Shown: positions 30,613 through 40,498, numbered from the stretch's first letter. The stretch: DNA of 64,000 nucleotides from Candidatus Poribacteria bacterium (GCA_965222225.1 CBDCTK010000002.1:3584001-3648000), one strand, 5' to 3'. The notes: generated by a model not told the origin, from the sequence alone. Numbers and translations are program-made.

Positions 30613-31323
30613 TTAATCCAAAGTTTCGCCGGGCTGAAGTGTGACGATATCGACATCCAAGGATTTGGTTAGTTCACGCAGGGCATCCGGCGTCCCGGTA
30701 AGTAACGGAAACGTGCCGTAGTGAATCGGTAGAATCGCCGGAACATCAAGCAACTCGGCGGCATGAGCAGCTTCGCGAGGCCCCATGGTGAAGTGGTCGC
30801 CGATGGGCAATAGCGCCAGATCGGGCTGATAGAGAGAGCCGATAATCTGCATGTCGCCAAAGACGTTAGTGTCGCCGGCGTGGTAGACTTTATACCCGTT
30901 TGGAAATTCGACGACAAATCCCGCAGGCTCCCCTAAGTAGACGGTCGTACCATCGTCTTCCGTAAAACTGCTGCTGTGATTGGCGTGAACCATCGTCGCT
31001 TTGACGCCGTTGGCTTGAACAGTGCCGCCTTTGTTCATGCCGATTGTATTTTGGACGCCCTTTCGCTCAAGCCATCCCGCGACCTCAATCATCCCGACTA
31101 CGGTTGGCGAGTTTTTTTTCGCCAGTTCCACCGCGTCACTGGTATGGTCAAAGTGTCCGTGCGTGATGAGCATGGTATCAATTCTATCGAATGTCTTCAG
31201 TTCGTCGGGGCAGACAGGGTTATTCATCACCCATGGATCGATTAGCGTTGTCTGACCCCCATACTCGAGTTTAACCGTGGCATGTCCCAGCCACGTCAGT
31301 CGAAGACCGTTATTAAGTTTCAT
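30613..31323 (-). CDS. Metal-dependent hydrolase, MBL fold (UPF0173)
   Basis: WLGHA, THGHFDH, YHAGDT, LPIGDHFTMGP, PIHYGTFP. Confidence 0.92.
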   Translation of the reverse strand: MKLNNGLRLTWLGHATVKLEYGGQTTLIDPWVMNNPVCPDELKTFDRIDTMLITHGHFDHTSDAVELAKKNSPTVVGMIEVAGWLERKGVQNTIGMNKGGTVQANGVKATMVHANHSSSFTEDDGTTVYLGEPAGFVVEFPNGYKVYHAGDTNVFGDMQIIGSLYQPDLALLPIGDHFTMGPREAAHAAELLDVPAILPIHYGTFPLLTGTPDALRELTKSLDVDIVTLQPGETLD

Positions 31324-31425
31324 CTAAGCCTCCTTAACAAGATTGAATAGTAACGGGAAGCCCGCCCCTTCTGTACGCATTGAGGCGAGAGGGCGGGTTC
31401 CCGAAGTATGTTCCACAAACGGCGG

Positions 31426-32013
31426 TTACTCTTTGAGAACCATGTCGATACACATGACCGCCGCGAGAATGAGTTGGCGAATCGGATGGTTTGCCGGAAC
31501 GCTGCTTGATATTTCGAGCATGTAGTTATCGGCGCTTGTAAAGAGTTCCTTTCCGATACCAGCCCATTTCTTCGTGACATGCGCAAATTCGATGTCGTTA
31601 TGAACGAACCGAAAATCCCATCCTGTCCATTTTCCTCTCAAGCCACACAAAGAGCTGCCGTACGCGTCGAGTATATCAAAAGCGCCGCCGATGGAAAACA
31701 GTTTCTGCTTAAATCCGCCGATGACAGTGTTGTTTTCATCGTGAACGTCAACGGTCGATAAGAATATGGCAACCCCTCTCGTAACCCGAATCAGTTGCTC
31801 TCCATCGGAAGTTCTGATCTGAATATTGAAGGGTGTGTTCCGTTTCAAATCCGTAAATCGTAGGAGCTTCGTAACGAACCCGAGGTCGTCCTCTCGGCAC
31901 ACCATGACCATTCTTCCGGTTTCAGGGTCGTAGATGTCGTAATTGTTCGCCGCCTTGAACACCCCGACGTGTTCCTTTACGAGGAACCGATTCATGTTTA
32001 GTATTTGGTGCAT
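31426..32013 (-). CDS. Phospholipid scramblase/LURP-one (Tubby C-like) family protein
   Basis: Repeated beta motifs (IGGFKQKLFSIGGAF, KKWAGIGKELFTSADNY) and terminal helix LILAAVMCID. Confidence 0.75.
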   Translation of the reverse strand: MHQILNMNRFLVKEHVGVFKAANNYDIYDPETGRMVMVCREDDLGFVTKLLRFTDLKRNTPFNIQIRTSDGEQLIRVTRGVAIFLSTVDVHDENNTVIGGFKQKLFSIGGAFDILDAYGSSLCGLRGKWTGWDFRFVHNDIEFAHVTKKWAGIGKELFTSADNYMLEISSSVPANHPIRQLILAAVMCIDMVLKE

Positions 32014-32075
32014 ATTGAGTCTCCAGAAGACAGAGGTGTGTCTCGTGTAGTTTTGTGTATCATGATTTGTGTCAT

Positions 32076-32617
32076 CTAGGTCTGGCTGCGGCGTGCGCGT
32101 GCCAATATCTCTTGGACTAACTCAGACTTGGCGTCCGCGTAGTTCTGCCTGTACTTCCAAGTTCGGGCTGCCAATTCGCGCTTTGTTTCTTCGTAAAGCA
32201 ATCTATTGTCGGTATTGTTCCGCAGCCGGTCGCGGAACAACAGCATTTGCCCGATCTCCTCACACCCAGCGGAGAAAACATGCAGTTTGCCCTCTACATC
32301 CGGTGTTCATGCCAATCCGGTTCCCGATTCCTCAGTGTATATCCCTTTTTCTCCAGCGGTTTGACATATGACGACTCATCGCTAGAATCCGCTACCGCGG
32401 TTGATCCCACATGCCCCAACAGCAGTACATTACTTCCGAGTGCTTCACGTATTTGTCTCTTTAGCCGATTGAATAACGACGGCCACGCCGGATCGTACGG
32501 AGCCAAGTAAACCGTGCTGTTGAAGGGTTTTCGCTCGCCGACGGTGGCAGCGACGATCTGGTCTTCGGTCAGCGGTGTGGTTGTCCCTGGTGAAGATGTC
32601 AATTTATCTTCTTGCAT
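32076..32617 (-). pseudogene. GrpB/UPF0157 family pseudogene
   Basis: YDPAWP..HVGSTAV joined directly to ADSSDE (AKPxID segment absent). Frameshift near 32297; the other frame gives LHVFS..MLLFRDRLR..YEETKRELA..YADAKSE. Confidence 0.85.
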
Positions 32618-32644
32618 CGACTCGCTCCTTCGCGATCTCGCTGC

Positions 32645-33586
32645 CTAATAACCCTCTCTTGGAATGCCGGCATCGGGCACAGGGGATGACCGCGGATCGA
32701 AGATTTCGTCTACGCCGTAAAATTGCAACCCATCTCGTCCCGTTCCCCGCTCTACCACATCCACTCCGGCCGCCTTATTGCCGCGAATAAAATTGTCGCG
32801 CAGCCGCCCGCCATCATACACAGCCCACCCGCCATTCATGATGATATTGTTTGCGATAATCTCAGGCGAAGCGGAGGAATAGCATAGGATTGCGTCACGG
32901 TAATTGGCGATAATCTCATTTCGCTGAATCTTTGGCCTCGAATCGTCATCGCAACTGATCCCGTATTCGTTCGCCCTGATTTCGTTATGTGTGATTTCCG
33001 GAGCGGCATTGCCGAGGCACCTGATGGCGGTGCCGTTCGCATCAAGTTGATTCCTGCTGGCAATTGGCGAGGCGTTGTCACAAATGATGGCAGCTTCATT
33101 ATTGCTCAATAGGCAGTCTTCAATCTGTGTGGCGTCGGATTGGCAGATGATGCCATTTATAGCGTCTCGGATACGGCAGTAACCGAGACGCGCATTTTGA
33201 CTTGCGGCGTCGATAAAGATGCCCGCCCAATCCCCCGGTTTCGAATCTTCATCAACGGTACCGAGTGAGCCAAACGTGATAAAGTTGTCAGGCTTTCCCT
33301 CGGCATATAACGCGCCTTGCACAATCAACTGATAGGGCGGATCAGCGGGTTCAAAACCGATAACCGCGCCGGATTGGATAGTTAATGTCACGCCCTCGGC
33401 TACAAGAATATCCCCGGAAACCAGGACTTTGCCCGCCCAAACTTCGTCTGTTACCAATTCACCTGATTTTTCAAGCGGACTCGCGCTCGTGCCGACATCT
33501 GCGATATTGAGTGTGGTTGTTTGGCAACCAAGCCAGAGCACAAGGAGGGGGAGCAAAAGGATTACGTTAACATTCTGAATTTTCAC
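32645..33586 (-). CDS. Lipoprotein with right-handed parallel beta-helix repeats (NosD-like)
   Basis: Lipobox LWLGC; repeats of I.C....P.I..N.I..N. Confidence 0.8.
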   Translation of the reverse strand: MKIQNVNVILLLPLLVLWLGCQTTTLNIADVGTSASPLEKSGELVTDEVWAGKVLVSGDILVAEGVTLTIQSGAVIGFEPADPPYQLIVQGALYAEGKPDNFITFGSLGTVDEDSKPGDWAGIFIDAASQNARLGYCRIRDAINGIICQSDATQIEDCLLSNNEAAIICDNASPIASRNQLDANGTAIRCLGNAAPEITHNEIRANEYGISCDDDSRPKIQRNEIIANYRDAILCYSSASPEIIANNIIMNGGWAVYDGGRLRDNFIRGNKAAGVDVVERGTGRDGLQFYGVDEIFDPRSSPVPDAGIPREGY

Positions 33587-33587
33587 G

Positions 33588-33831
33588 TTAGGAAGTCCCC
33601 TGTTTCAAATCCTTGAGAATGGCGTGTGCCCCTTTGTGCCCCGGAACACCCATAACTTCGCCCATTGGATGCGTTCCGGCGCCGCACATGTAATAGTTCG
33701 TGACCGATGTCCGGTACGGTTGGCGTTGGGCTAACAACTGATTCGGAATCATGTCCAGATGTCGAATATTGCCGTCGGTCATGCTCACTCTCCTCTGGAT
33801 GTCTAGCGGCGTCAAATTGATTTTTCGACAT
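33588..33831 (-). pseudogene. Collapsed phytoene-dehydrogenase-like FAD oxidoreductase (N- and C-termini only)
   Basis: RBS plus MSKNQFDA fused out of frame to TPLDIQRR..GNIRH..YRT..YMCGAGTHP.G.V.G.PG. Confidence 0.75.
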
Positions 33832-33896
33832 GTGTTTCCCCTATTTGGTTAATTTCTGCGATGGTCTACGGCATGCATGCGAGCGTGTGAAGTCAG

Positions 33897-34589
33897 CTAT
33901 GACAGAATTAAATACTGTTTGGCAAGATGGTTAAGCGCATCCTTGTAGACTTCAAACATAATCGAGAGCCGGAAAAAGACTTCGTCCAGCTCATATTCGC
34001 GAGCGATTGTATGCCCGGAGGCATGTTCATAGTATTCGCGTCCAAAATCTATGTAGAATTGCGCCCCAACCGGACGATTCGTGTAGCGTTGCCGATATTC
34101 GATTGACTCGGGGAAAAGTCCCGTTACATAGAGGGAATAATTGCCGATATGGGAATAGATCAGGAATTGGCGACGGGGATCGGAATTTTGCGCTTCCTCA
34201 ATCATGTCGGTCAGATAGTTTACCGTCTGTTGATCGTGTTGATAAATCCGGTACAGCCGATTAGTCTGAACAAAAATGCTTAGCAGATTGGAGATATAGT
34301 TGACTACCCGTCGGTCGCCCAGGATACGGCAATCGGTGAGGCTCCGCCGCAACAGCACGCTGAAAAAGAGGAATGGCGAAATCTGCAGTATGCGTTCACT
34401 CGGGTCGCAAATCCTGTCGTATAGGGATTCGCTATTCAATCTTGATTCCAATGCCGCCGGGAGCTCGTGAATCAACGAGGCGATTTCCTCATAGCTATGT
34501 CCCGGCTTGGGAAAATTCTCAATGAGGAACTGTACGTCTCGGTCTGTCAAACCGTTGAAATCCGTGCGGGCAAAATCGGGTGCTGGCAT
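33897..34589 (-). CDS. Conserved hypothetical all-alpha protein
   Basis: GGAGG RBS; ISPFLFFSVLLR, HIGNYSLYVTGLFPE, FYIDFGREYY. Confidence 0.75.
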   Translation of the reverse strand: MPAPDFARTDFNGLTDRDVQFLIENFPKPGHSYEEIASLIHELPAALESRLNSESLYDRICDPSERILQISPFLFFSVLLRRSLTDCRILGDRRVVNYISNLLSIFVQTNRLYRIYQHDQQTVNYLTDMIEEAQNSDPRRQFLIYSHIGNYSLYVTGLFPESIEYRQRYTNRPVGAQFYIDFGREYYEHASGHTIAREYELDEVFFRLSIMFEVYKDALNHLAKQYLILS

Positions 34590-34717
34590 TGTGGGTTCCT
34601 CCTTGGATTGGGTAAATCATAGCACATCGCAAAAAAGTGTGTCAACGGGATTTCCCAGTGCGGTTTGCGGGAATCCCATCCGAACGGGCATTTCGCTCCG
34701 ACGGAACAACGTAGCAA

Positions 34718-34744
34718 TGGGGAACGCAGATCTGCGTTCCCTAC
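34718..34744. repeat. Palindromic REP, family D (GGGAACGCA-N4-TGCGTTCCCTA)
   Basis: Also at 63251-63278 and a half copy near 1050. Confidence 0.65.
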
Positions 34745-35137
34745 AAATGACGAAATGGCAATTACTAGGTAGATTCGGTGGCAACACGGGTAGTTTTTTC
34801 GATGTTCGCCACACTGTGCTAGGACTAAATTCCGCTTGCATTCGGACCGGAATCGTGATAAGATGCAATCACACCCGCATCGTTACAACGTCTGTGCTCA
34901 TCCCTCACGCCGTACATTCCGAACCTGAAAATCTCGCCAATTGGTGCCGTGGATACACCGTTGGCTGTCAAGGTTCGGTCTTTGTTTATTGTAGCCTGTT
35001 TGCTTTTGGCAAACTGTCGTTGGAGTTTTGCGGTTCAGAGGTACTCTTTCTCCTGATTGCGCTGCTGACGGGAGCCCAAACCTATCAAGGATTGCCGTTC
35101 AATGGGGCTAGGGGTGAAGAAGAAGAGGTGTAACAGC

Positions 35138-35863
35138 ATGAAAACCGTAGGGGTAATTCCCGCGCGGTACGCGTCAAGTCGATTTGAAGGCAAGCCGCTG
35201 GTGGACATTCGCGGTAAACCGATGATTCAGCATGTCTATGAGCGGGCCTCACGCGCCAAGAGGCTAGACGAGATTGTGGTTGCCACCGATGATTCGCGTA
35301 TCCACGACGCGGTTAGGGGCTTTGGTGGGAAAGTGGTCATGACGCCGGAGTTCCCCACAGGGACGGATCGGGTGGCATATGTGGCGGAACATTTGAGGTG
35401 CGATGTTGTCGCCAACCTACAAGGCGACGAGCCGCTGCTCGAACCGATGATGCTCGACCAGATGATTCAGCCGTTTCAGGACAATCCGGAGGTACAGGTC
35501 AGCACGCTAAAACAGCGTGTCGATAACGAAGCGGAATATCGGGATGTCAATGTTGTGAAGGTTGTCACCGATCTGGACGGATTCGCCCTGTACTTCTCCA
35601 GAGCGTCCATCCCCGGAAACCTCTCGAACGATTGGATAGAAACCAATCCAATTTATCGTCACGTCGGGCTTTACGCCTATCGGAAAGAGTGCCTGCTGAC
35701 TTTCACGAAGTGGGCGCGCGCGCCGTATGAGAGTTCGGAAGGCTTGGAACAGTTGCGTTTCATGGAACACGGTGTCGGGATTCGCGTCGTTGAGACGGAG
35801 CATCGGTTGATCGGTGTAGATGTGCCCGCAGATTTGGAGCGCGTTCTTTCGATCATGGAGTGA
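35138..35863 (+). CDS. kdsB: 3-deoxy-manno-octulosonate cytidylyltransferase
   Basis: IPARYASSRFEGKPL, TGTDR, NLQGDEP, ALYFSRA, RHVGLYAY, EGLEQLR. Confidence 0.96.
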   Translation: MKTVGVIPARYASSRFEGKPLVDIRGKPMIQHVYERASRAKRLDEIVVATDDSRIHDAVRGFGGKVVMTPEFPTGTDRVAYVAEHLRCDVVANLQGDEPLLEPMMLDQMIQPFQDNPEVQVSTLKQRVDNEAEYRDVNVVKVVTDLDGFALYFSRASIPGNLSNDWIETNPIYRHVGLYAYRKECLLTFTKWARAPYESSEGLEQLRFMEHGVGIRVVETEHRLIGVDVPADLERVLSIME

Positions 35864-35894
35864 CGTTGGCTCAATGTGAACCGTCTAAAATTTT

Positions 35895-35995
35895 GTAGGT
35901 TGGGTTGAAACGAAGAATCAGATGTTCCAAGAACAAGACTTCCCTTACAGGGCTCCTACTTCATTCAGTTTTCACATGTCCGAGTGAAACCCAAC
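35895..35995 (+). repeat. REP/REPIN-like element, family B
   Basis: gtaggttgggttgaaacg...gagtgaaacccaac. Confidence 0.7.
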
Positions 35996-36022
35996 TTAAA
36001 AGAGGCTCTCACGATTTTTCTC

Positions 36023-36051
36023 TTGCACTCCATCAGATGATGGAGTACAAT
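36023..36051 (+). promoter_or_regulatory. Sigma70 promoter of tRNA-Ala with a palindromic spacer
   Basis: TTGCAC-17 bp-TACAAT; spacer holds ACTCCATCA-GA-TGATGGAGT. Confidence 0.7.
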
Positions 36052-36062
36052 ATCAATAAGGT

Positions 36063-36138
<76 letters not shown>

Positions 36139-36188
36139 TTTTTTTTGCCCGCAGCTTCGGATTGTCTCCCGCGTCAAGGAAAAATTCA

Positions 36189-36677
36189 CTACTTCTCGCT
36201 ACTCTCCCGAACCTCGCCATCCTTCGTCTTTGAGTTCTCGCCCCCATCTCGCGCCCGTCCCCGCCCGATTCGACGAGTCAAGCCGTTATCCAATACGCCC
36301 AAGATAGTGAGGTGAAGTTGGGCGCGCACGGGCAAGGTTTCAATCAGCGCCTCTTCAACGGACTGTATCTCCTGTTTCTTTGTTAGCCGCTGTTGACGGA
36401 GTTTTGTGAGTGTCTCTCCGATTTTGTCTTCGGAGGCAACTTTGTCTCGGGCTAATCGGTTCAGGATTTTCAGATTGTTGAGCGCCTGAATATGGGCTTG
36501 ACGTTTCAGTTCCCAAAGCGCTTTAGCCTGAGTTTTCTGGGCTTCCGTCACTCCGAGTTCGGCTAGAGTGACATTATCTTCAGCCGCCGCATCGTCTTTC
36601 TGCGCCTGCGCCATCAACCCGAACACGATGGCGAACACCGTCAGGGAACACACCACACCAATACTAAGTTTTCGCAT
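36189..36677 (-). CDS. Exported helical protein (weakly Spy/CpxP-like)
   Basis: Signal peptide, LGVTEAQK motif, helical composition. Confidence 0.6.
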   Translation of the reverse strand: MRKLSIGVVCSLTVFAIVFGLMAQAQKDDAAAEDNVTLAELGVTEAQKTQAKALWELKRQAHIQALNNLKILNRLARDKVASEDKIGETLTKLRQQRLTKKQEIQSVEEALIETLPVRAQLHLTILGVLDNGLTRRIGRGRARDGGENSKTKDGEVRESSEK

Positions 36678-36806
36678 ATCTTATCCTTTTGCAACGGTAA
36701 AGGGGTTGCATGGCTTCATCAGGCACCATTTTGCCCGCAGCCACCGTGACGAATCCGAGCCGCGATTCGGAAGAGGCTCTCTATCAATCAACCGACCGAC
36801 CGAATA

Positions 36807-36850
36807 GGGAGCAGGAAATTCTATCGCAGTCACTATCGTTCCTTTGATCG
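36807..36850 (-). repeat. Family A repeat, short form
   Basis: Reverse complement cgatcaaaggaacgatagtgactgcgatagaatttcctgctccc. Confidence 0.6.
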
Positions 36851-36889
36851 ATAGGAAATCCTGATCGTTATCCACTCGTTTAATCGCTC

Positions 36890-38509
36890 CTACGGTGCTC
36901 CTTCTATTTCCTCAGCTTCGCCAGCTTTCGTCTTGTAGGATTCCCGGATCCAACTTTCGAGTACGTCATCAGGATTCTCTACCACCTCTTTGGTGAAAGC
37001 GAACTCTCTCCGCCCCGTATTCTGCCTAATCAGATTGAGTCCGTGCTGGCAACTCTGAAGTATCTCTTCGCAGATCTCGTCAGGGGGACACTCCCGATCT
37101 TCCGCTTTTTTGCAGATGAGATCTGTCGCTTCATCGTCAAAGGACACTTGCATCTTATGTTCGTCCTTGAACCGCACTCCGTATTGACGAATTTGTTCGT
37201 GCATCACGATTTGACGGTTATAAGCAGTGTCTCCCACAATGAGTTCCAACTCTCCCGCCGGATCGCCAACCACCCGTTCAGTGACGACAAACTCTTTAAG
37301 CGAGGTGGAAGGGAGTTCGAATTTGTAATCGCGGAGCACCTTCTCACACACGGTCATCAGTGCACGCGCTCCCGTTTTCTGGACATACGCCTTTTCGGCA
37401 ATTTGACGCAGCCCCTTGTCCGAGAACGTCACGTTGATTCCGTACGCACGGAAAGCCTGCTCGTATTGGCGGATGATTGACCCTTCGGAATGATTCAAAA
37501 TGTAATGCAGATCGTCTACCGATAGATTCTGACAGATGACGTGGACCGGTAGGCGTCCAATGAATTCGGGTTCAAACCCGTACTCGATAAAATCCTGCGG
37601 TGTCACAAATTGGTGGTAGTCCTCTTCCTCCCCTTCGCTTTGCACCGATGCGTTGAATCCCAGTTTTCTCTGGTTCATTCGTTTCTTGATAATATCAGCC
37701 AGCCCGGTGAACGCACCGCTGATGATGAAAAGAATGTGGCGAGTGTTGACAATCTGTTTGTCGACTTTGCCTTTCTGTTGGAATTCCATCATGGCTTGCA
37801 TCTGAGAGGCAACATCGTGCCCGCTCCGAAGATCGACCTCGGTTTCCTCCATCAGCTTGAGCAGCCCTATCTGAACGCCGCGCCCGCTGACATCGCGTCC
37901 GATGATATTCGGAGGTGTAGCGATTTTGTCGGCTTCGTCAAGGTAGATGATACCGTATTGCGCGAGTTCGACATCGTCATCCGCTTGAGTGACCAGATCG
38001 CGTATCATGTCATCGACGTTGGCTCCCACATATCCGGTTTCGCTGAAACGGGTCGCATCCGCTTTGACAAACGGCACGCCAATCAGTTTCGCAATATTAC
38101 GGATGAGGTATGTCTTGCCTACGCCGGTGGGACCAAGCATGACGATATTTTGCTTCGAGTAATCGGCATCCGCGAGTTTCGGGTCCTCGTGGCATGCGCG
38201 CACATGGTTGTAGTGATCGCAGACTGCGATCGCCAGCGCCTTCTTTGCCTCGTCCTGTTGAATTACATATCGATCGAGATGCTGCTTAATCTCTCTAGGT
38301 TTGAGATCGAATTTCGGATCGAAGGCGCGCTTGGGTTCAGGCGGCTCTTCATCGGTCGTCTTCGCTGGAGCCGGTTGTGCGCCCGCCATAACGAGGCGCA
38401 CGTTTCCGCCGTATTTTTGCTTGACCAAATCTTCAAACTCCTTCTGAAGTTCTTCCGGAGTTGGAATCTTTTTGTTGTCCGTTTGATTTGACATATTCTT
38501 AATCACCAT
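36890..38509 (-). CDS. ClpX-like AAA+ ATPase lacking the zinc-binding domain
   Basis: LDRYVIQQ, GPTGVGKT, GYVG pore loop, YLDEADK, RDVSGRGVQ, LGF loop, PEFIGRLP, TGARAL. Confidence 0.88.
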   Translation of the reverse strand: MVIKNMSNQTDNKKIPTPEELQKEFEDLVKQKYGGNVRLVMAGAQPAPAKTTDEEPPEPKRAFDPKFDLKPREIKQHLDRYVIQQDEAKKALAIAVCDHYNHVRACHEDPKLADADYSKQNIVMLGPTGVGKTYLIRNIAKLIGVPFVKADATRFSETGYVGANVDDMIRDLVTQADDDVELAQYGIIYLDEADKIATPPNIIGRDVSGRGVQIGLLKLMEETEVDLRSGHDVASQMQAMMEFQQKGKVDKQIVNTRHILFIISGAFTGLADIIKKRMNQRKLGFNASVQSEGEEEDYHQFVTPQDFIEYGFEPEFIGRLPVHVICQNLSVDDLHYILNHSEGSIIRQYEQAFRAYGINVTFSDKGLRQIAEKAYVQKTGARALMTVCEKVLRDYKFELPSTSLKEFVVTERVVGDPAGELELIVGDTAYNRQIVMHEQIRQYGVRFKDEHKMQVSFDDEATDLICKKAEDRECPPDEICEEILQSCQHGLNLIRQNTGRREFAFTKEVVENPDDVLESWIRESYKTKAGEAEEIEGAP

Positions 38510-38609
38510 TCGTTATTTCCATAAATCCCTAAAAGGAGCTTAACGTTGTGTGCTTATAGCCTAACAGAAACCTAGTTTTCAAGAGGGACTCTGAAATTTG
38601 CATCGTCAT

Positions 38610-38876
38610 TTAATCTTTTTTTTCAACGACCGACGGATTTGCTTTGTACAACTTGAAATCATCCATTTGAATGACAACCGTCCTCAAATCCGCTTTGATT
38701 TGGTCGAGATTCGTTTGCATGTTTGAGATTAGATTACGACACTTAGTTACTTCGTCTGCACTTACAGTGTTCGACTTGGTGCGGTTCTTGACCACAAACT
38801 TCACAAGTTCCGCGATAATCCCAACAATCGCGATTATCGTAATAAACGGCATCGCTGCCCATAATCCCGTCCTCAA
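38610..38876 (-). CDS. Small membrane-anchored coiled-coil protein
   Basis: AGGAGG RBS, N-terminal TM helix, heptad pattern. Confidence 0.6.
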   Translation of the reverse strand: MRTGLWAAMPFITIIAIVGIIAELVKFVVKNRTKSNTVSADEVTKCRNLISNMQTNLDQIKADLRTVVIQMDDFKLYKANPSVVEKKD

Positions 38877-38950
38877 TCCTCCTTATTCTGATATCGGCAT
38901 CGTAATCGTCTATCAAGATTGAGAACTACGAGTCGACTGTTGTTGCACCT

Positions 38951-40498
38951 TTATTGGACGTTTACATACATAAATGGCGGCATTGTCAACGCCACAACAT
39001 CATCTTCACTGGAGACTTCTCGCGCCATACCGAGGGCGTCGTTCAAATTCCTTGCCCAATCCACGCCCAGTCGCTTGGCAACGCGGCCATCCTTCGGTCC
39101 AACGAGGATAACCTTGGAGAGATATTTCAATGCGTAGGTCGCCCAATACCAAACCGTAAATGGATGAAACCCGTGATACGCAAATTTGTTGCGATAACAG
39201 TCGATTAGGAAGGGGTCATGGGCGAATTTCTCTTGGAAGTTATTCTGCATTTCAAACGGTTCGGTAGTTTCGCTGAGCACTTCTTCGAAGAATTGCCGGT
39301 AGGGCACATGATACTCCTCATGAAAGATTTCGAATGTCGGATTCATGATAATCACGACGCCCCCTTCCTTAATCAACGGCTTGTTATAAAACCAGTTGAA
39401 TATATACCCTAGGATGTCGCTGACGACCAGGATGGGGTTGATTCGTGCGCCGATGGCATACGGTGTCAAGTCGGGAAGACCAAAGACCAATGTGCTGTAT
39501 TGGCGCGGGACATCAATCATCAACTGGTCTTTCATGACTTGAAGGGTTTTCGGGTGTACGCCATCAATCGTTCCGACGTTGATTTCGACAGGTTCATAGT
39601 CGGTGCGAATGCTTTTGAATATATTAGACCTCAATCCCTCCGGCAACATTGACATCGTCCCCGGTGTGCAGGCTTTTATGACCCGCTCGAAGAGGTTGCA
39701 TCGGTTGTTTGGCTTGCCCAGATAGCGCAGGTGCAGCGGATAGATAGCGTCATTCATGGCTGCTTCCAGCACCATGATTTTGCTATTCTTCTCAACGACA
39801 CGGCTCATCCGCTCAATGCAGTCATGCATGTTTGAATGCTCAGGTTGCATAACGTGCGGGTTTTCCGCGGTCATGTGCGGCGAGTGGTGCGGCGCAATCG
39901 AATTGTACGTGCCCATCCCGACGGCAACGGACTTGTGCCCACCGTTAAGCGGGATCTGGATGGTATCCACATAGATGACTATATCGCTCGCTACAACCGC
40001 GCGGTCGGTTTCAACGATTTCATCCTGCTCCGTTTTGCCCAGACTGACGATATTGTCGGGATCCTCCGCGTCGAAGTTTCTCACCTGATGAGGGAAAAAC
40101 TCACGCATGATTTCCTTGCCCAGCATGTAGGCTAGCTCGGGCGTTTTCATCTTGCGGTGGAGCCCGCCAGCACACACCAGTTGTATGTTAGCCTTTTCGG
40201 CGCCGTAGGAGTAGAGCATTGAAATCAACGTTTCAATCATGACTTGGCGCAGGTCGGGCTTTTTCGTCATTGGAAACGGTTGGCAATTGTTGTCGAAAGC
40301 GATCAAAATCTTGGTGTTTCCATCAACGAGTTCGCGCAACGGCGGCATCCCTAACGGATTTTCAAAAGCATTTTTAACGCGGGCTGGAATGTCGGCGCGT
40401 TTGATGCCGGCGATTGGCGGTTTCGCATAGTAAATCTGTGAGTTATCAGGCAATTCTGCGTTGATAAGGTGATTGCCGAAATAGGTCAAGTATTTCAT
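38951..40498 (-). CDS. Lactate racemase (LarA/DUF2088) domain protein
   Basis: AFENPLGMPPL, GGLHRKM, NGGHKS, APHHS, HGFHP. Start trimmed to MKYLTYFG. Confidence 0.8.
   Translation of the reverse strand: MKYLTYFGNHLINAELPDNSQIYYAKPPIAGIKRADIPARVKNAFENPLGMPPLRELVDGNTKILIAFDNNCQPFPMTKKPDLRQVMIETLISMLYSYGAEKANIQLVCAGGLHRKMKTPELAYMLGKEIMREFFPHQVRNFDAEDPDNIVSLGKTEQDEIVETDRAVVASDIVIYVDTIQIPLNGGHKSVAVGMGTYNSIAPHHSPHMTAENPHVMQPEHSNMHDCIERMSRVVEKNSKIMVLEAAMNDAIYPLHLRYLGKPNNRCNLFERVIKACTPGTMSMLPEGLRSNIFKSIRTDYEPVEINVGTIDGVHPKTLQVMKDQLMIDVPRQYSTLVFGLPDLTPYAIGARINPILVVSDILGYIFNWFYNKPLIKEGGVVIIMNPTFEIFHEEYHVPYRQFFEEVLSETTEPFEMQNNFQEKFAHDPFLIDCYRNKFAYHGFHPFTVWYWATYALKYLSKVILVGPKDGRVAKRLGVDWARNLNDALGMAREVSSEDDVVALTMPPFMYVNVQ

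Noticed and set aside
34507-35133. 208-aa plus-strand ORF upstream of kdsB
   Set aside because: Overlaps the opposite-strand gene start, contains a REP palindrome, and has a Cys/Ser-rich non-protein-like composition.
36681-36875. 64-aa ORF between the ClpX-like gene and the exported protein
   Set aside because: Spans family A repeat sequence; at best a gene remnant.
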